NCBI RefSeq assembly: GCF_023055435.1 | Contig: NW_025963990.1 | Location: 3,410,001 to 3,474,000, forward strand | DNA from: Haliotis rufescens | Taxonomy: Eukaryota | Reading direction: 5' to 3' | Length of the DNA stretch: 64,000 nt | In this document: positions 47,908-59,664 of the stretch, one piece after another | How positions within the stretch are numbered: position 1 is the stretch's first letter | How the letters are laid out: each line of letters opens with the position of its first letter | Translations under genes and position numbers: made by a program | The notes under the pieces: generated by a model | Seen by the model: only the letters and a program-made list of their open reading frames with translations | Database searches by the model: none | What the model was told of the DNA's origin: nothing

Positions 47908-49846
47908 CTATACAAATCCAAGACGAGTATTCTTCTTCCAAATAGGTTCCCAGGAAGGCCCGTTAGGTTCACCGTCGTCAAAGTCGTACTCCTCCACTCC
48001 AGACAACAACTTCGCCTCCTTTGTCGTAGCAACTTCCGGAAGACTGTCGCCGATCGGAGACTTGATTTTACTGTAATCAGAAGGATCAGACTTCTCAAAA
48101 ATGTTGATTCCTTGAGATGGCCAATGTCCTGTCATCATCATATGTGTGTAGGCCTTCTTCTTGTCAGGAACATCTTCCGGCCGAGCCCACTTGGCCGGCG
48201 TCATGCACACGAACACCACAAAGCGCCATCTGTCGGAATTGGGGCGGCCTTTCTCCGGTCTGCAGTTGTCATGCACTGTCCGAGAATCCCAAAGGACCAT
48301 CCCTCCTTTCGGAACAGGAACCTTTGTGATAACGCAGCCCTTTCCTCGGAACCAAGATTTGTCGTCTTTCGTTAATACATGGTACTTATTTTTGTTGCTC
48401 TTTTGTGCAGAGGCTTCAAATTCTTCAAAGAAAGCGTTGAAATGTTTATGCGATCCCGACAGGACCCTGAAGCAGTAGTCAGTTTCTGTCGCCTCCTCCA
48501 AATACAGAGCGCCTTGGTAACCATGGAGACCAATTCTTTCTGCCGGTTGGTCAAGATGAAGCCATTCTTTCCCGGTATCATAAACACCAGTTTCTTGGTT
48601 TTCCGGGGGATCAGATATGGCTACAGCGTCAAAGCTTGTTAGGAGCTTCTCAGTCTCCCAGACTTTAGCAAAAACTGGTTTGGCTTTAAAGCGGCAGTTC
48701 CAGGTGTTTTCGAAATGACCTACATCATAGCCTTGGATTATAGACTGGCTCTGGAACGGGAATTCGCCCTCTTTAAACTGAGATAGCCAATCACGGAACT
48801 GGGATATGTAGACGTCACTGTCCTGCGCACTGCAGACATCCGGTATCACGGCATACCCTTTCTCCTCCAGATCTCGCATAACTGCACCCCTGACGAGAGA
48901 GAAGCAAAACTTTTTATTAAAGAGACGATCTTGACCACATCACATACATTATAAATATATGTTAGTAAACGCTTCTACATTATCACAGGTAGGTCTCTCT
49001 CTCTCTCTTTCAATATTAATGTTGTATCATGCATAAAAGTCTTGATGAATTAACCTGACATAAATTTAGGTTGGTCGTTGGTCGTTCTGGGCGGGGAGGA
49101 CAGACGAGGTTGGTCGTTGGTCGTTCTGGGCGGGGAGGACAGACGAGGTTGGTCGTTGGTCGGTCGGGGGGGGGGGGGGGCAGACGAGGTTGGTCGTTGG
49201 TCGTTCTGGGCTGGGAGGACAGACGAGGTTGGTCGTTGGTCGGTCTGGGGGATAAGACAGGCGATGTTGGTCGTTGGTCGGTCGGGGGGGGAGGGGGGTG
49301 GGGGGGCAGACGAGGTTTGTCGTTGGTCGTTCTGGGCGGGGAGGACAGACGAGGTTGGTCGTTGGTCGGTCTGGGGGATAAGACAGGCGAGGTTGGTCGT
49401 TGGTCGGTCGGGGGGGTGGGGGTGGGGGGGGGGGGGGGTGGGGGACAGACGAGGTTGGTCGTTCTGGGGGGGGGGGAGGACAGACGAGGTTGGTCGTTGG
49501 TAGGTCTTTTGGGGAGGACAGACGAGGTTGGTCGTTGGTCGGTCTTTGGGGGGGGGGGGGCGTACAAACGAGGTTGGTCGGTCTGAGGGAGGACAGACGA
49601 GGTTGGTCGGTCTGGGGGGGGTCGGGAAATCTGAGTGGTAGGGGTCTGAAGAACGGAGGAATTGCGAGGATTCATGACATAAGCATTGACGATTAATACA
49701 TCGTGTGTGTTGAATATACACGCGGGATGTACCTGATAATTTGGTTGAAAATATTAATAAATATAATTTGGATTGTAGACGAGTCTATGTGTATCAATTT
49801 GAACGTACCTGTCAAAACACGCCCCTCCTTTCACATTAGTAGCCAT
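47908..49846 (-). CDS. PhyH-like Fe(II)/2OG dioxygenase, paralog 3
   Basis: Exon 1 49809-49846 (MATNVKGGACFDR), phase-2 intron, exon 2 47908-48889; WLHLDQ, WDSRTVH, RWRFVVFVCM. Confidence 0.9.
49068..49622. repeat. G-rich intronic minisatellite
   Basis: GACAGACGAGGTTGGTCGTTGGTCG units with poly-G tracts. Confidence 0.85.
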
Positions 49847-50311
49847 GCCTGACGTGTCGTCTGCTCTCTCCAGAATGTAAGTTATCGTGACTCGTTATCT
49901 TTAAACGTGACAACGTATTCCAATGACTTCAGAGCAGTCAGAAACCTCTAAAGTTTATATCTAGGACTGTATTCTGAAATGGGTTGTTCCGGTACTCGCT
50001 GACACCTCGCGGCTTGTTGGAGTTTCCATTTGGATAAAAATAGGAAATACTCATCCAAGATGTATTCGAGCGAATGTTTGGTGTATGTTTTATTAACGTG
50101 TTCTTTTAACCGGCACACTGTGTTCTTGAAGTTAGTTTGAGGAAGTGGGTACAACAGTACGATGTGTTTATTTAGATTTATCGAAATTAAAAATAAACAC
50201 CAAAACATACCGAGAATATTATTCATATCCACTAATCAGATTAACGTTGGTGTTGTTTTGAAACGTTCAGTAAGATAACCGATTTCATCTTCTATAATTT
50301 CTGAAGGCACA

Positions 50312-50622
50312 GGAGCGGTGGGGTAGCCTAGTGTTTAAAGCGTTCGCTCGTCACGCAGAAGACCCGGGTTCGATTCCCGAAATGGGTCAAATGTCTGGTG
50401 TCCCCCGCCCTGGTATTGCTAAAAGCGGTATAAAATCAAACTCACTCACTCACACACACTATGAGTGAGTGAGTATGGTTTGACGCCGCTTTTAGCAATA
50501 TTCGATATCACGGCGGGGGACACCAGAAATGGGCTTCACACATTGTACCCATGTCGGGAATCGAACCCGGATCTTCGGCGTGACGAGCGAACGCTTTAAC
50601 AACTAGGCTACCCGACCTCCCC
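50312..50622. mobile_element. Two SINE family B copies tail-to-tail (+ 50312-50460; - 50463-50622)
   Basis: The second copy has TSD CACACACACTATGA and is absent from the paralogous site at ~26430. Confidence 0.85.
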
Positions 50623-50754
50623 ACACACACTATGAAGGCATACTCTCCATGAATGAGAATAATATTTATAAATTCCTGTGAGATACCGAGGCAGAACGGA
50701 TCCCCAGTACCCTTTCCTTTTATATGTTTGCCTGGTCAGGACTCGTTTATTTAT

Positions 50755-51170
50755 GGGGGCACGGGTGGCCCAGTCGTCTAAGGCGCCGCGATTCGCTGTG
50801 CAGAGTTGCGTCCCTTGGGCATGCCAGAAATCTATGATTGTGGGTTCGAACCCCGGTTCGCCCCGATTATGTTTCTAGGTTTGTCAGCACCATACCCGTG
50901 CTCGTGGGTTTCACCGAAGTGGTAAACGTCTGAGACCTGCATCACTTCGGGCTTTCCTCCCACATTAAGCTGACACGACGCAATATAAGTGTAATTCTCT
51001 CTCACTCACTCTCTCACTCATAAACACAAACAATAGTTTCAAGTCGATATAACTATACTAAAATTTTCAATCAATGACATTAAGCTGACACGCCGTGATA
51101 TAACTGGAATACTGTTAAAATCGGCGTTAAACCAAACTCACTCACTCACTCACTCACTCACTCACTCACT
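50755..51170 (+). mobile_element. SINE family A with internal insertion
   Basis: Paralog of 26558-26957. Confidence 0.85.
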
Positions 51171-52374
51171 CGTTTATTTACAGGCTGTCAGGAAATAAAT
51201 GGAAAGTTGCGCGTTAAAACAACATTCACCTACTTATGACTTGAGTTTATGTCGTTTGCACGACTGGCTTCATGTGCCCGTTCAAAAACAGAAACACGAA
51301 ACGCATCGCACAACACGCATCCTTTGGCCCATATCCGCTTTCTATTTTTAACATGACGATGTTATTAGTCATGTATATTTATGGAGATAAACCCCCATCC
51401 CTAAACACATATCCTGTGGCAAAATACACGGATGCTGTTAAAATAATTTAACAAAATAATGCAGAAAAAAAACGTCAAAATAAGTGAAAACAATTTAAAC
51501 AGACTGTCTCAAATAAATAGCCAATCCATGCCATTTGGAGCATCCACTATTCCGATGAGAGGTATCGAACACATGTTGACAAACCTAAGACTAATATGCT
51601 AATTAATTTTGATTGAAAGTCAGCTTAAAATAAAAAGGATAAAAAACAACTGAGCCGAACATTTTAACAATTTGTTTGCAGCACTATCTGGGTTTGATAA
51701 AAAATGCTCCGAGTGCAATCTCTGGTACCATGGATATACGCATGCGTATTTTTGTCTACAAAATACTCACTCACTCACTCACTCACTCCCTCACTCACTC
51801 AATGCGCGAACCTACATGCTGTCTTTATAAAAGTCTCACTGAAACGGTGTATGACATATACTCTTCAAAAAAAGAAACGCAAAGCCAGATTTGTGTGAGG
51901 TAGGAAAACACATTTATACGAGGAACCGTACAAGGTATTGAGCCAAAATGTTGTGGAGAGAACACTTGGTGATTGTAGTCATCTCAGCTATCGGTACATA
52001 GGAAAAGTCCAAGGTGAAGGACAGCTACCATCAATAACGCGTATGTCCCCCGTTGGAATCGATAGCGGCCTGACATCTGCATAAGCAGTGTTCACAGAAG
52101 AAGTTATATAATATGTTATTTTACTTTCACAATGTTGGTTAGTGACACCATGGGTTTCAAAGATACTTTCTGATTTCTTACGGTTTTGGTTATGTATTGT
52201 GATGTAAGGGGGTTGAAACGAAATTACTTTACTGAAAGAGTTTCATCAGAGATCTCTGGATATGTTTTAAGACTAGATGTGGACAGTGTTGAAGCTCTAG
52301 TTGCGATGTACATGTATACGGATCTACAGAGTTCTATTCTACAAACCGGTACAATTTCTGGAACCCCATCGTGG

Positions 52375-52636
52375 TTGTTTGTGGTTTGTTGTTTTACGCC
52401 GCACTCAGCAATATTCCAGCTATATGACGGAGGTCTGTAAATAATCGAGGCTGGACCAGACAAGCCAGTGATTAATATCATGAGCATCGATCCACGTAAT
52501 TGGGATTGATGACGTGCATCAAGCAAGTCAGCGAGCCTGACCACCCGATCCCGTTAGTCGCCTCTTACGACAAGCATCGTCACCTTTTTCGGCAAGCATT
52601 GGTTCCTGAAGACCTATTCTACCCCGGATCTTCACC
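52375..52636 (-). mobile_element. Short retroposon family C
   Basis: Family match. Confidence 0.8.
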
Positions 52637-52975
52637 CCAAACGGCATAGAACCCAACATACTCACTCACCCAAAGAGTCAGTCCGTCATGAAATAACGAA
52701 AAACCGTTACAGATGTTTTGTATTCCCCGATCGGAATCCCTTTGTATAACACAGCTAAAGGTATAGTGTCCTTAGATGAATTATATATTTTATAATCACT
52801 TGTACATAGTGGTTCTAGATTACAAGCACTTGATATGAAAAGAAATGCTCCAAAATACCTTCCCCTTTTTTCGAAGACTATACCAAACTATTGTTACATC
52901 GAAACTGTCCTTATGATGTGGAAGTTATTTTTGATCGGTAGTGTTTGCGTCCGGTGTGCATCAGAGGCCGGTGCT

Positions 52976-55479
52976 CTACTTCCAGACAGGTTGCCAGGAA
53001 GGTCCGTTAGGTTCACCGTCGTCAAAGTCGTACTCCTCTACTCCAGACAACAGCAACGCCTCCTTTGTCGTGGCAACTTCCGGAAGACTTTCGCCAATAG
53101 GAGATATAATGTCGCTGAAATGTGGAGGATGAGAGGCTTCAAACATTTTGATTCCTTGTGACGGAAAATGGTCTGTCGTCATCATTTTCTTGTAAGCCTT
53201 TCGTCTGTCTGTCTTGTAATCCGGTTTAGCCCATTGCGCAGGCGCCATGGATACAAGAACCACAAAGCGCCACCTGTCGGAATTAGGACGGCCTTTAACT
53301 GGTCTGCAATTATCGTACACTGTTCGCGAATCCCAAACAACCATCCCTCCTTTGGGGACGGGAACCTTTTGGGCAACGCATCCTTTTTCTTTGAACCAAG
53401 CTTTTTCATCGTCGCCTAATTTATTAAATTGGTTTCTGGAGCTCTTCCTTGCATTGTCTTCAAATTCTTCATAGTAAGCCTCGAAATGTTTGTGTGACCC
53501 CGGCAGGACCCGGAAGCAATAGTCCGTTTCTGACGCCTCTTCCAAAAACATTGCTCCCTGGTAACCATGGAGACCAACTCTTTGTGGCGATTGGTCAGCA
53601 AGGAACCAATCTTTGCCGTAGTCATAAATACCGAATCTTTCAGTTTCAGGGGGAAATGAAATAGATACACCTTCGAAACTTGTGAGGAGCTTCTCGGTCT
53701 CCCAAATTTTAGCGTAAACTGGCTTTGCTTTTAATCGGCAATTCCAGGTATTTGCAAAATGTCCAATGTCATAACTCTGTATTACTGATTCAACTTGAAA
53801 CGGCCAATCATCTTCCTCAAACTGGGACAGCCAATCGCGGTACTGGGATATATACGTGTCACAGTCCTGCGCACTGCAAACGTCCGGTATCACAGCATAC
53901 CCTTTCGCCTCCAGGTCGTGCATAACTGATTCCCTGAAGATATATATAAGACATGGATTAGGAGCATCCGTTGATGTGAGGTGAGGTGAATGAGGGTTTA
54001 ACGTCGCGTCCAGGATTATTCCGCTTATATAGTGACGTGCATGCACTCAGTAATATTCCAGCTATATGACGGCGGTCTGTAAATAATCGAGTCTGGACCA
54101 GACATTCCATTTATTAATATCATGAGCATCGATCCGCGCAATTGGGATCGATGACATGCATCAACCGTTTGACTATGTGGGTAGAATTAATTAAACCTCT
54201 CTTAGTATGAGGATTCAGTAATAAATAATTCCTCATGATTTTGGAACAATTCCATCTCCTATCTCAAGGACCACAATCATTCTCATTCCGCGAAAACCCA
54301 CGCATCTTTTCCTATTTATGTCAGTGGGAAATTAGAAATGATTTCATTGCATTTGCTTAATTTTAAAACTTTCATTTTAATGTGAATAGAGTATCAATAT
54401 ATGCTACTCAAAAGAAGTTAAGGAACACCGGAATTGTTCAGATGACTACAGTTAAGCTGTCATGACATGTGTCATGTCATGTCATGTCATGTCATGACAG
54501 ATTACCTATAGTTATGACTAAATCGGGTGATCTTCAACTTCCTCTTAGTTCTGTTCTAGCCCCTGTGTGAAAAGTTTAGTCTATTTAATTCAAACTGGGG
54601 AAATCGTTTTGAAATAAGGATTGGAATGAGTTGAGTTTTTCAATTCGTGTTGCAATGGTCAGCGAAGTGGTTGGCTGTATCCATATATATTTAGTTATCA
54701 ACGCCCGGTAGACGTGCAAGCAGATACGTCCACGTCTAATTTGAGCTGAAGAACTTTGACATAGGGTCAGTAGTAGTTTATTCTAAAAGGTCATAGGCCC
54801 AGTTGCACATCGAGTACGGAGTGAGAAAGTATATTATAATGAAGACTGTCTCACAGACATACATACAGTAAACTACGCTTATAACGAACACGCTTATTAC
54901 GAACTGACAGATATAACGAACTTAATTTTAGTCCCGGCCATTTATTGTATATATGCTGTATTTATGCTTATAACGAACTACGGTTATTACAAACTAAAAT
55001 TAGTGGTCCTTTTGTGTTCGTTATAACCGTAGTTTACTGTACACATATAAGTTGGTTGCATTTGAAGAGAGCATAAGCATATTAAATTTGCAGATTGTTG
55101 GATATTCATAAATTTTTAAAAGAATGTACAAACGTCAAAATGCTTGATATGTATTACAACTGAGTAAGAAATGATATTCATCCATGTAGGACAGTTAAAA
55201 ATTATCACATAATCTTTCATTTCTGGCTTCTCCAATGCGGCATGGTATCTTAGTGAGCTAGCACTATAAATCGGCATCAGTCCGGACTAGTACAAGCAGC
55301 CACACACACACATACACGTGCATGCACGTCGCTATATAAGTGCAATAATCTTGGACGCGACGTTAAACCCAATTTCACCTCACCTCGTACAGTGTATGAG
55401 AACCATCTAATATGAGGTGAAGAAATTGTATATATGAGTACCTTAGTCGTGACAGAATCGGCTACTTGTGCGTAGGAGG

Positions 55480-55532
<53 letters not shown>

Positions 55533-56244
55533 ACAATGACAGAAGATTTTGATATTTTGGAACCCCTCCCTTTAAGTGAGTGAGTATGGTTTTAGCAATA
55601 TTCCAGCAATATCACGACGGGGTACATCAGAATTGGGCTTCACACATTGTACCCATGTCGGGAATCGAACCCGGGTCTTCGGCGTGACGAGCAAACGCTT
55701 TAACCGATAGGCTACCCGACCGCCCCCAAACTTGAAGAAAGAACTGTCTAGCAAGCATTATGCACATTATGAGGTCGTCATTTCTACCGTGGATGACAAT
55801 GTACACCAGCAGGAGGGAAGTATTCTATCCCACTAGGATCCAGGCACTCCAGCATCGTTGGCACATGTGTGTGAAACTCCCATGGGATTAAGCAACCAGC
55901 TCCACAAACACAGTCCATCACGGTTAGCCTCAACCCTTTCAGTCACCAATCGTAAACCTCAAAGCACCACTATACTGAACCGCAAAAGAAACGCAATTTC
56001 AATTTTAAAAAATGTGATGCATACCCCCCCTCCCCCCACATACACACCCCACCCCCCACACACTACACCCTACACCCCACCCCTCCCCTTCTTAAACATA
56101 TATACTACCTCAGTAAGCTGCGTCTATCCGAGCCAACCCACTCACTCACTCACTCGCTTTTTCACAGCCAGTGTCTGAAGCAATAGTGTAGACTACCAAC
56201 CTGTCGATACCGGTAAAGTCGTGCATCTCGCCCTCCGTCGCCAT
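52976..56244 (-). CDS. PhyH-like dioxygenase paralog 4, lacking both iron-binding His (candidate pseudoenzyme)
   Basis: Exon 1 56201-56244 (MATEGEMHDFTGIDR), phase-2 intron, exon 2 52976-53933; WFLADQ replaces WLHxDQ and WDSRTVY replaces WDSRTVH; ORF intact. Confidence 0.85.
54866..55039. mobile_element. MITE family M1
   Basis: CAGTAAAC/GTTTACTG TIRs, TA flanks. Confidence 0.8.
55237..55385 (+). mobile_element. SINE family D, 3' part
   Basis: Matches 24350-24494. Confidence 0.75.
55575..55727 (-). mobile_element. SINE family B
   Basis: Family match. Confidence 0.8.
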
Positions 56245-56659
56245 ATCAAATAGTTCAAGTGTCGTCTGCTCGTCGACAGATAATTGTTGGAAGTGACCTC
56301 TGCTGTCCACATCCGATGAAAAAGGCGCTCCTAGGCTTCTCCTTCGCGGCTTTTTACTGTCAGGACCATATTGCACAATTGGGTGAAATCTACCCACAAT
56401 GATATAAATAACATAGGTTGTACAACTTTATCTATAGACAGTGCCCAGTCTACTATTGAGTCGCAGCTCTCATGGAAACCCATTCAAAGCAGACGATCAA
56501 CAATTGGTTGTGTTCGGGCAAATGTTATTGTGGTTTATAAACCGCAACTTTCAGCAGTGAGGTTGATATTTTAAACGTAAGACAAATTCGTTGTCGCTAC
56601 TACTAAACAAAGCTCGGATTTAAATGAAATTGCATGTTCCATTAATACTGTGAGTGAAT

Positions 56660-56935
56660 GAATGAGTGAGTGAGTGAGGTTTCACGCCGCCTTGAATGGT
56701 GTACGTTATATCACGGCATGTCAGCTTGATGTGGGAGGAAAGCCCAAAGAGTTGCAGGTCTTAGATGTTTACCAATTCGGTGAAACCGAGCACGGGTATG
56801 GTGCTGACAAACCTAGGAACATAATCGGGGCGAACCTGATTCGAACCCAAAATCATAGGTTTCTGGCGTGTCCAAGGGACTCAACTCTGCACAGCGAATC
56901 GCGGCGCCTTAGACGACTGGGCCACCCTTGCCCCC
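56660..56935 (-). mobile_element. SINE family A upstream of paralog 4
   Basis: Family match. Confidence 0.8.
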
Positions 56936-57029
56936 TTATATAGGAGTGTATAAAACAAACGTCCAGCCACGTTAAATTCCAACTGTTAAGACACAACTCG
57001 AGTCTGAGCAATATAAAGAGGTTAGCTGC

Positions 57030-57298
57030 TGTTTGTTTTGTTTGTTGTTTAACGCCGCACTCAACAATATTCCAGCTCTATGACAGCGGTCTGTAAATAA
57101 ACTAGTCAGGACCAGACAATCCAGTGATTGACATCATGAGCATCGATCTACGTAGTTGGGATACGATGACATGCATCAACCAAGTCAAGTATCCTGACCA
57201 GCCGATCCCGTTAGTCGCCTCTTACGACAAGCATAGTCGCTTTTTTACGGCAAGCATTGGTTGCTGAAGACCTATTCTACCCCGGATCTTCACGGGTC
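57030..57298 (-). mobile_element. Short retroposon family C, full length
   Basis: Family match. Confidence 0.8.
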
Positions 57299-57742
57299 AG
57301 GTTGGCTGTGTTTAGATAGGTTATCTCTTCATCTTTGTTTTGCTCAGAGAAGCATCTCGACTCATCTCAAGCGTCTGGCTCTATAACGCATAGCCCTTGT
57401 TCCAGTATGGCAAAGGTGCAATCGTTCGTATAAAAACAGGAACAGGTGAACGTGTCACTCGAACGCAACACACGCGTAAACAAATATTTGAACAGTCGTA
57501 ACCCTGCACCGGCTCGTAGTGGATGTATGTATGTGTGTCAGACATATTGACATTCCAATGCGTGATACAACACGTGGCTTCCTTGCTCGGTTACAATGTC
57601 ACTTGTTTATCAAATATCGATAATGTAGTAAACATATGTAGTGTTTATTTAACGCCGGCGGTGTGCATGAATCGAGTCACATTGCTACAATTGGCATAAC
57701 AACAACTCACTCAATCGTATACAACGTGACACGGATTGATGA

Positions 57743-57973
57743 AGGGGGCAAGTGGTCTCCTTTACAGACGGGGGCAAGTGGTCTCCTTTACAGACGAGGT
57801 CAAGTGGTCTCCTTTACAGACGGGCACGTGGTCTCCTTTACAGACGGGGGCAAGTGGTCTCCTGTACAGGCGGGGGCAAGTGGTCTCCTTTACAGACGGG
57901 GCAAGTGGTCTCCTTTACAGACGGGGCAAGTGGTCTCCTTTACAGACGGGGGCAAGTGGTCTCCTTTACAGAC
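57743..57973. repeat. 27-28-bp minisatellite (GGGGCAAGTGGTCTCCTTTACAGACG)
   Basis: About 8 units. Confidence 0.9.
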
Positions 57974-58103
57974 CCCAGAGCACACATTTAATAGGCCCGT
58001 GAAGATCCGGGTTACAATAGGTCTTCAGCAACCCATGCTTTCCCTAAAAGGCGACTATGCTTGTTAGAGCCTCAGTAGGGAGGTTGTGAGAGGGGGGTGT
58101 CCT

Positions 58104-59040
58104 CCCATTAGTTAGACGTCCCAATAGTTAGACAGCTTAAAACAACACTTTAAACGGTTGAGTGCACACAAATCCTTTTGCCTGTTACCTCTGACTTTAA
58201 AATGGAATAGTCCAGATAAGATCTGACAAACAAAGCAAAGCAGCTTTAAATAGATACTTTAATATTATACTTAACATTTAATGACACTTTACATCTGATA
58301 AATTTTATACAGTTTGGATTTGTAGATTGCTGATTGTGTATTGCTGAGGCCATGCCCATTAGTTCGGCCGTGAATATGGATTGGTTGTTTGGGAGTCGGT
58401 AAGATTGTGTGTTTTGGGTTGGTTGTGCGATGTGGACACCGAAACCAGTGTGTTTTGAGATCGGATCTGAGGATCGTTAATCATAATATTGAAGAGTGTT
58501 GGGCTAAGGATGCTGCCCTTGGGAGTGCCATTTTCTAGGGGACATTGGTCCGATAGCGTTTGGTCTATGCCCACGGTGATTTTGCGGTTTGTTAGGAAAC
58601 TTTGGATATAGTTAATTATTTGACCTTTAAGACCTGTTTTTTGTACTTACTTCCACGCCGCGAGGTGAAATACTCTACTTTCCTTAAACCAGTCATATCG
58701 ATACTGATAATGATACATACCCCATGATCATTTTTATTTGTTGGATAAGTAGATAATCTAAACTCAAGTCCTTCAACTGAACATACAGTAAGACCTTAGT
58801 TTACATAGTTAATGCCATGCCTATTGAACCTGTGCTGAGAGTAAGGTCATTTAGGTTAATTAAACGAAATTGTAACATATGTACTCCCTATACTGTGAGT
58901 CCCCTATTCCTACTCAGTATTTTTTATCTAATGAGGACTGATCCATTATACCTGTAGGTATATTCGATCTTTGCCTAAATACAAATGTCTAACAAATGGG
59001 ACGTCTAACTAATGGGACGTCTAACTAATGGGATATAACC
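58104..59040. mobile_element. Non-autonomous TIR element carrying a LINE RT fragment
   Basis: TCCCATTAGTTAGACGTCCC at the left end versus GGGACGTCTAACTAATGGGA (twice) at the right; internal minus-strand NGTPKGSILSPTLFNIMIND at ~58470-58540. Confidence 0.6.
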
Positions 59041-59664
59041 GAGAGGGGTACCCACCCCCACCTCAGTAGGGAGGTTGTGAGAAGGGGTGGGGGGGGGGTG
59101 GGGGGTGGGGGGGGGAGTACCCATCCCCGCCTCAGTCCCAAGCAATCTATTCTTGTCGTGGATCGGTTGGCCAGGCTCGGTGACTTACTTCATTGCATGC
59201 CACAGCATCCCCATTACGAGGATCGGTGCTCATGATGTCGATCACTGCATGGACTGTCTGGTCCCGACTCGATCATTTTCAGCTGGAATAGCGGAGAGCG
59301 CGGTGTTTAACAACAAAGAACATACATACACACATACGGCCATTGTGACCGTCCTCGCTACTCAGCTGATACGACGAGCTCCCGGTACCGAACCCGAAAT
59401 CTGCAGGTCATTGGATTAAGAAGGATCAACACATTCATAGGATACTCTTTATTTAGGAAGAGCACAACAAATAAACCAAATACACCAGTTTGTATATGTG
59501 AAGCGATGTGTGTACAAAATAACAGAAAGACAACCATTATATACTGTTGACATTAAATACGGGAACATACAACACGTGATTGTTGAATAACGAGTGTGTC
59601 ACTCGATATTTCGAGGCCCGGTAAATGAGTAACGCCTCTCGAAACATTGGGTGAACACGTCATA

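Larger units (their letters stand above)
31412..51320. repeat. Segmental duplication copy B (includes the extra LINE, exon 1 of gene 2 and exon 2 of gene 3)
   Basis: Collinear with 17542-27107 apart from insertions and a ~5.5-kb block (about 43494-49050) missing from copy A. Confidence 0.8.

Noticed and set aside
49016-49721. Pro-rich or Gly-rich ORFs (also 25020-25764)
   Set aside because: Intronic G-rich minisatellite; exon 1 splices in frame directly to exon 2 without it
57663-58067. Repetitive ORFs GGKWSPLQTG
   Set aside because: 27-28-bp minisatellite
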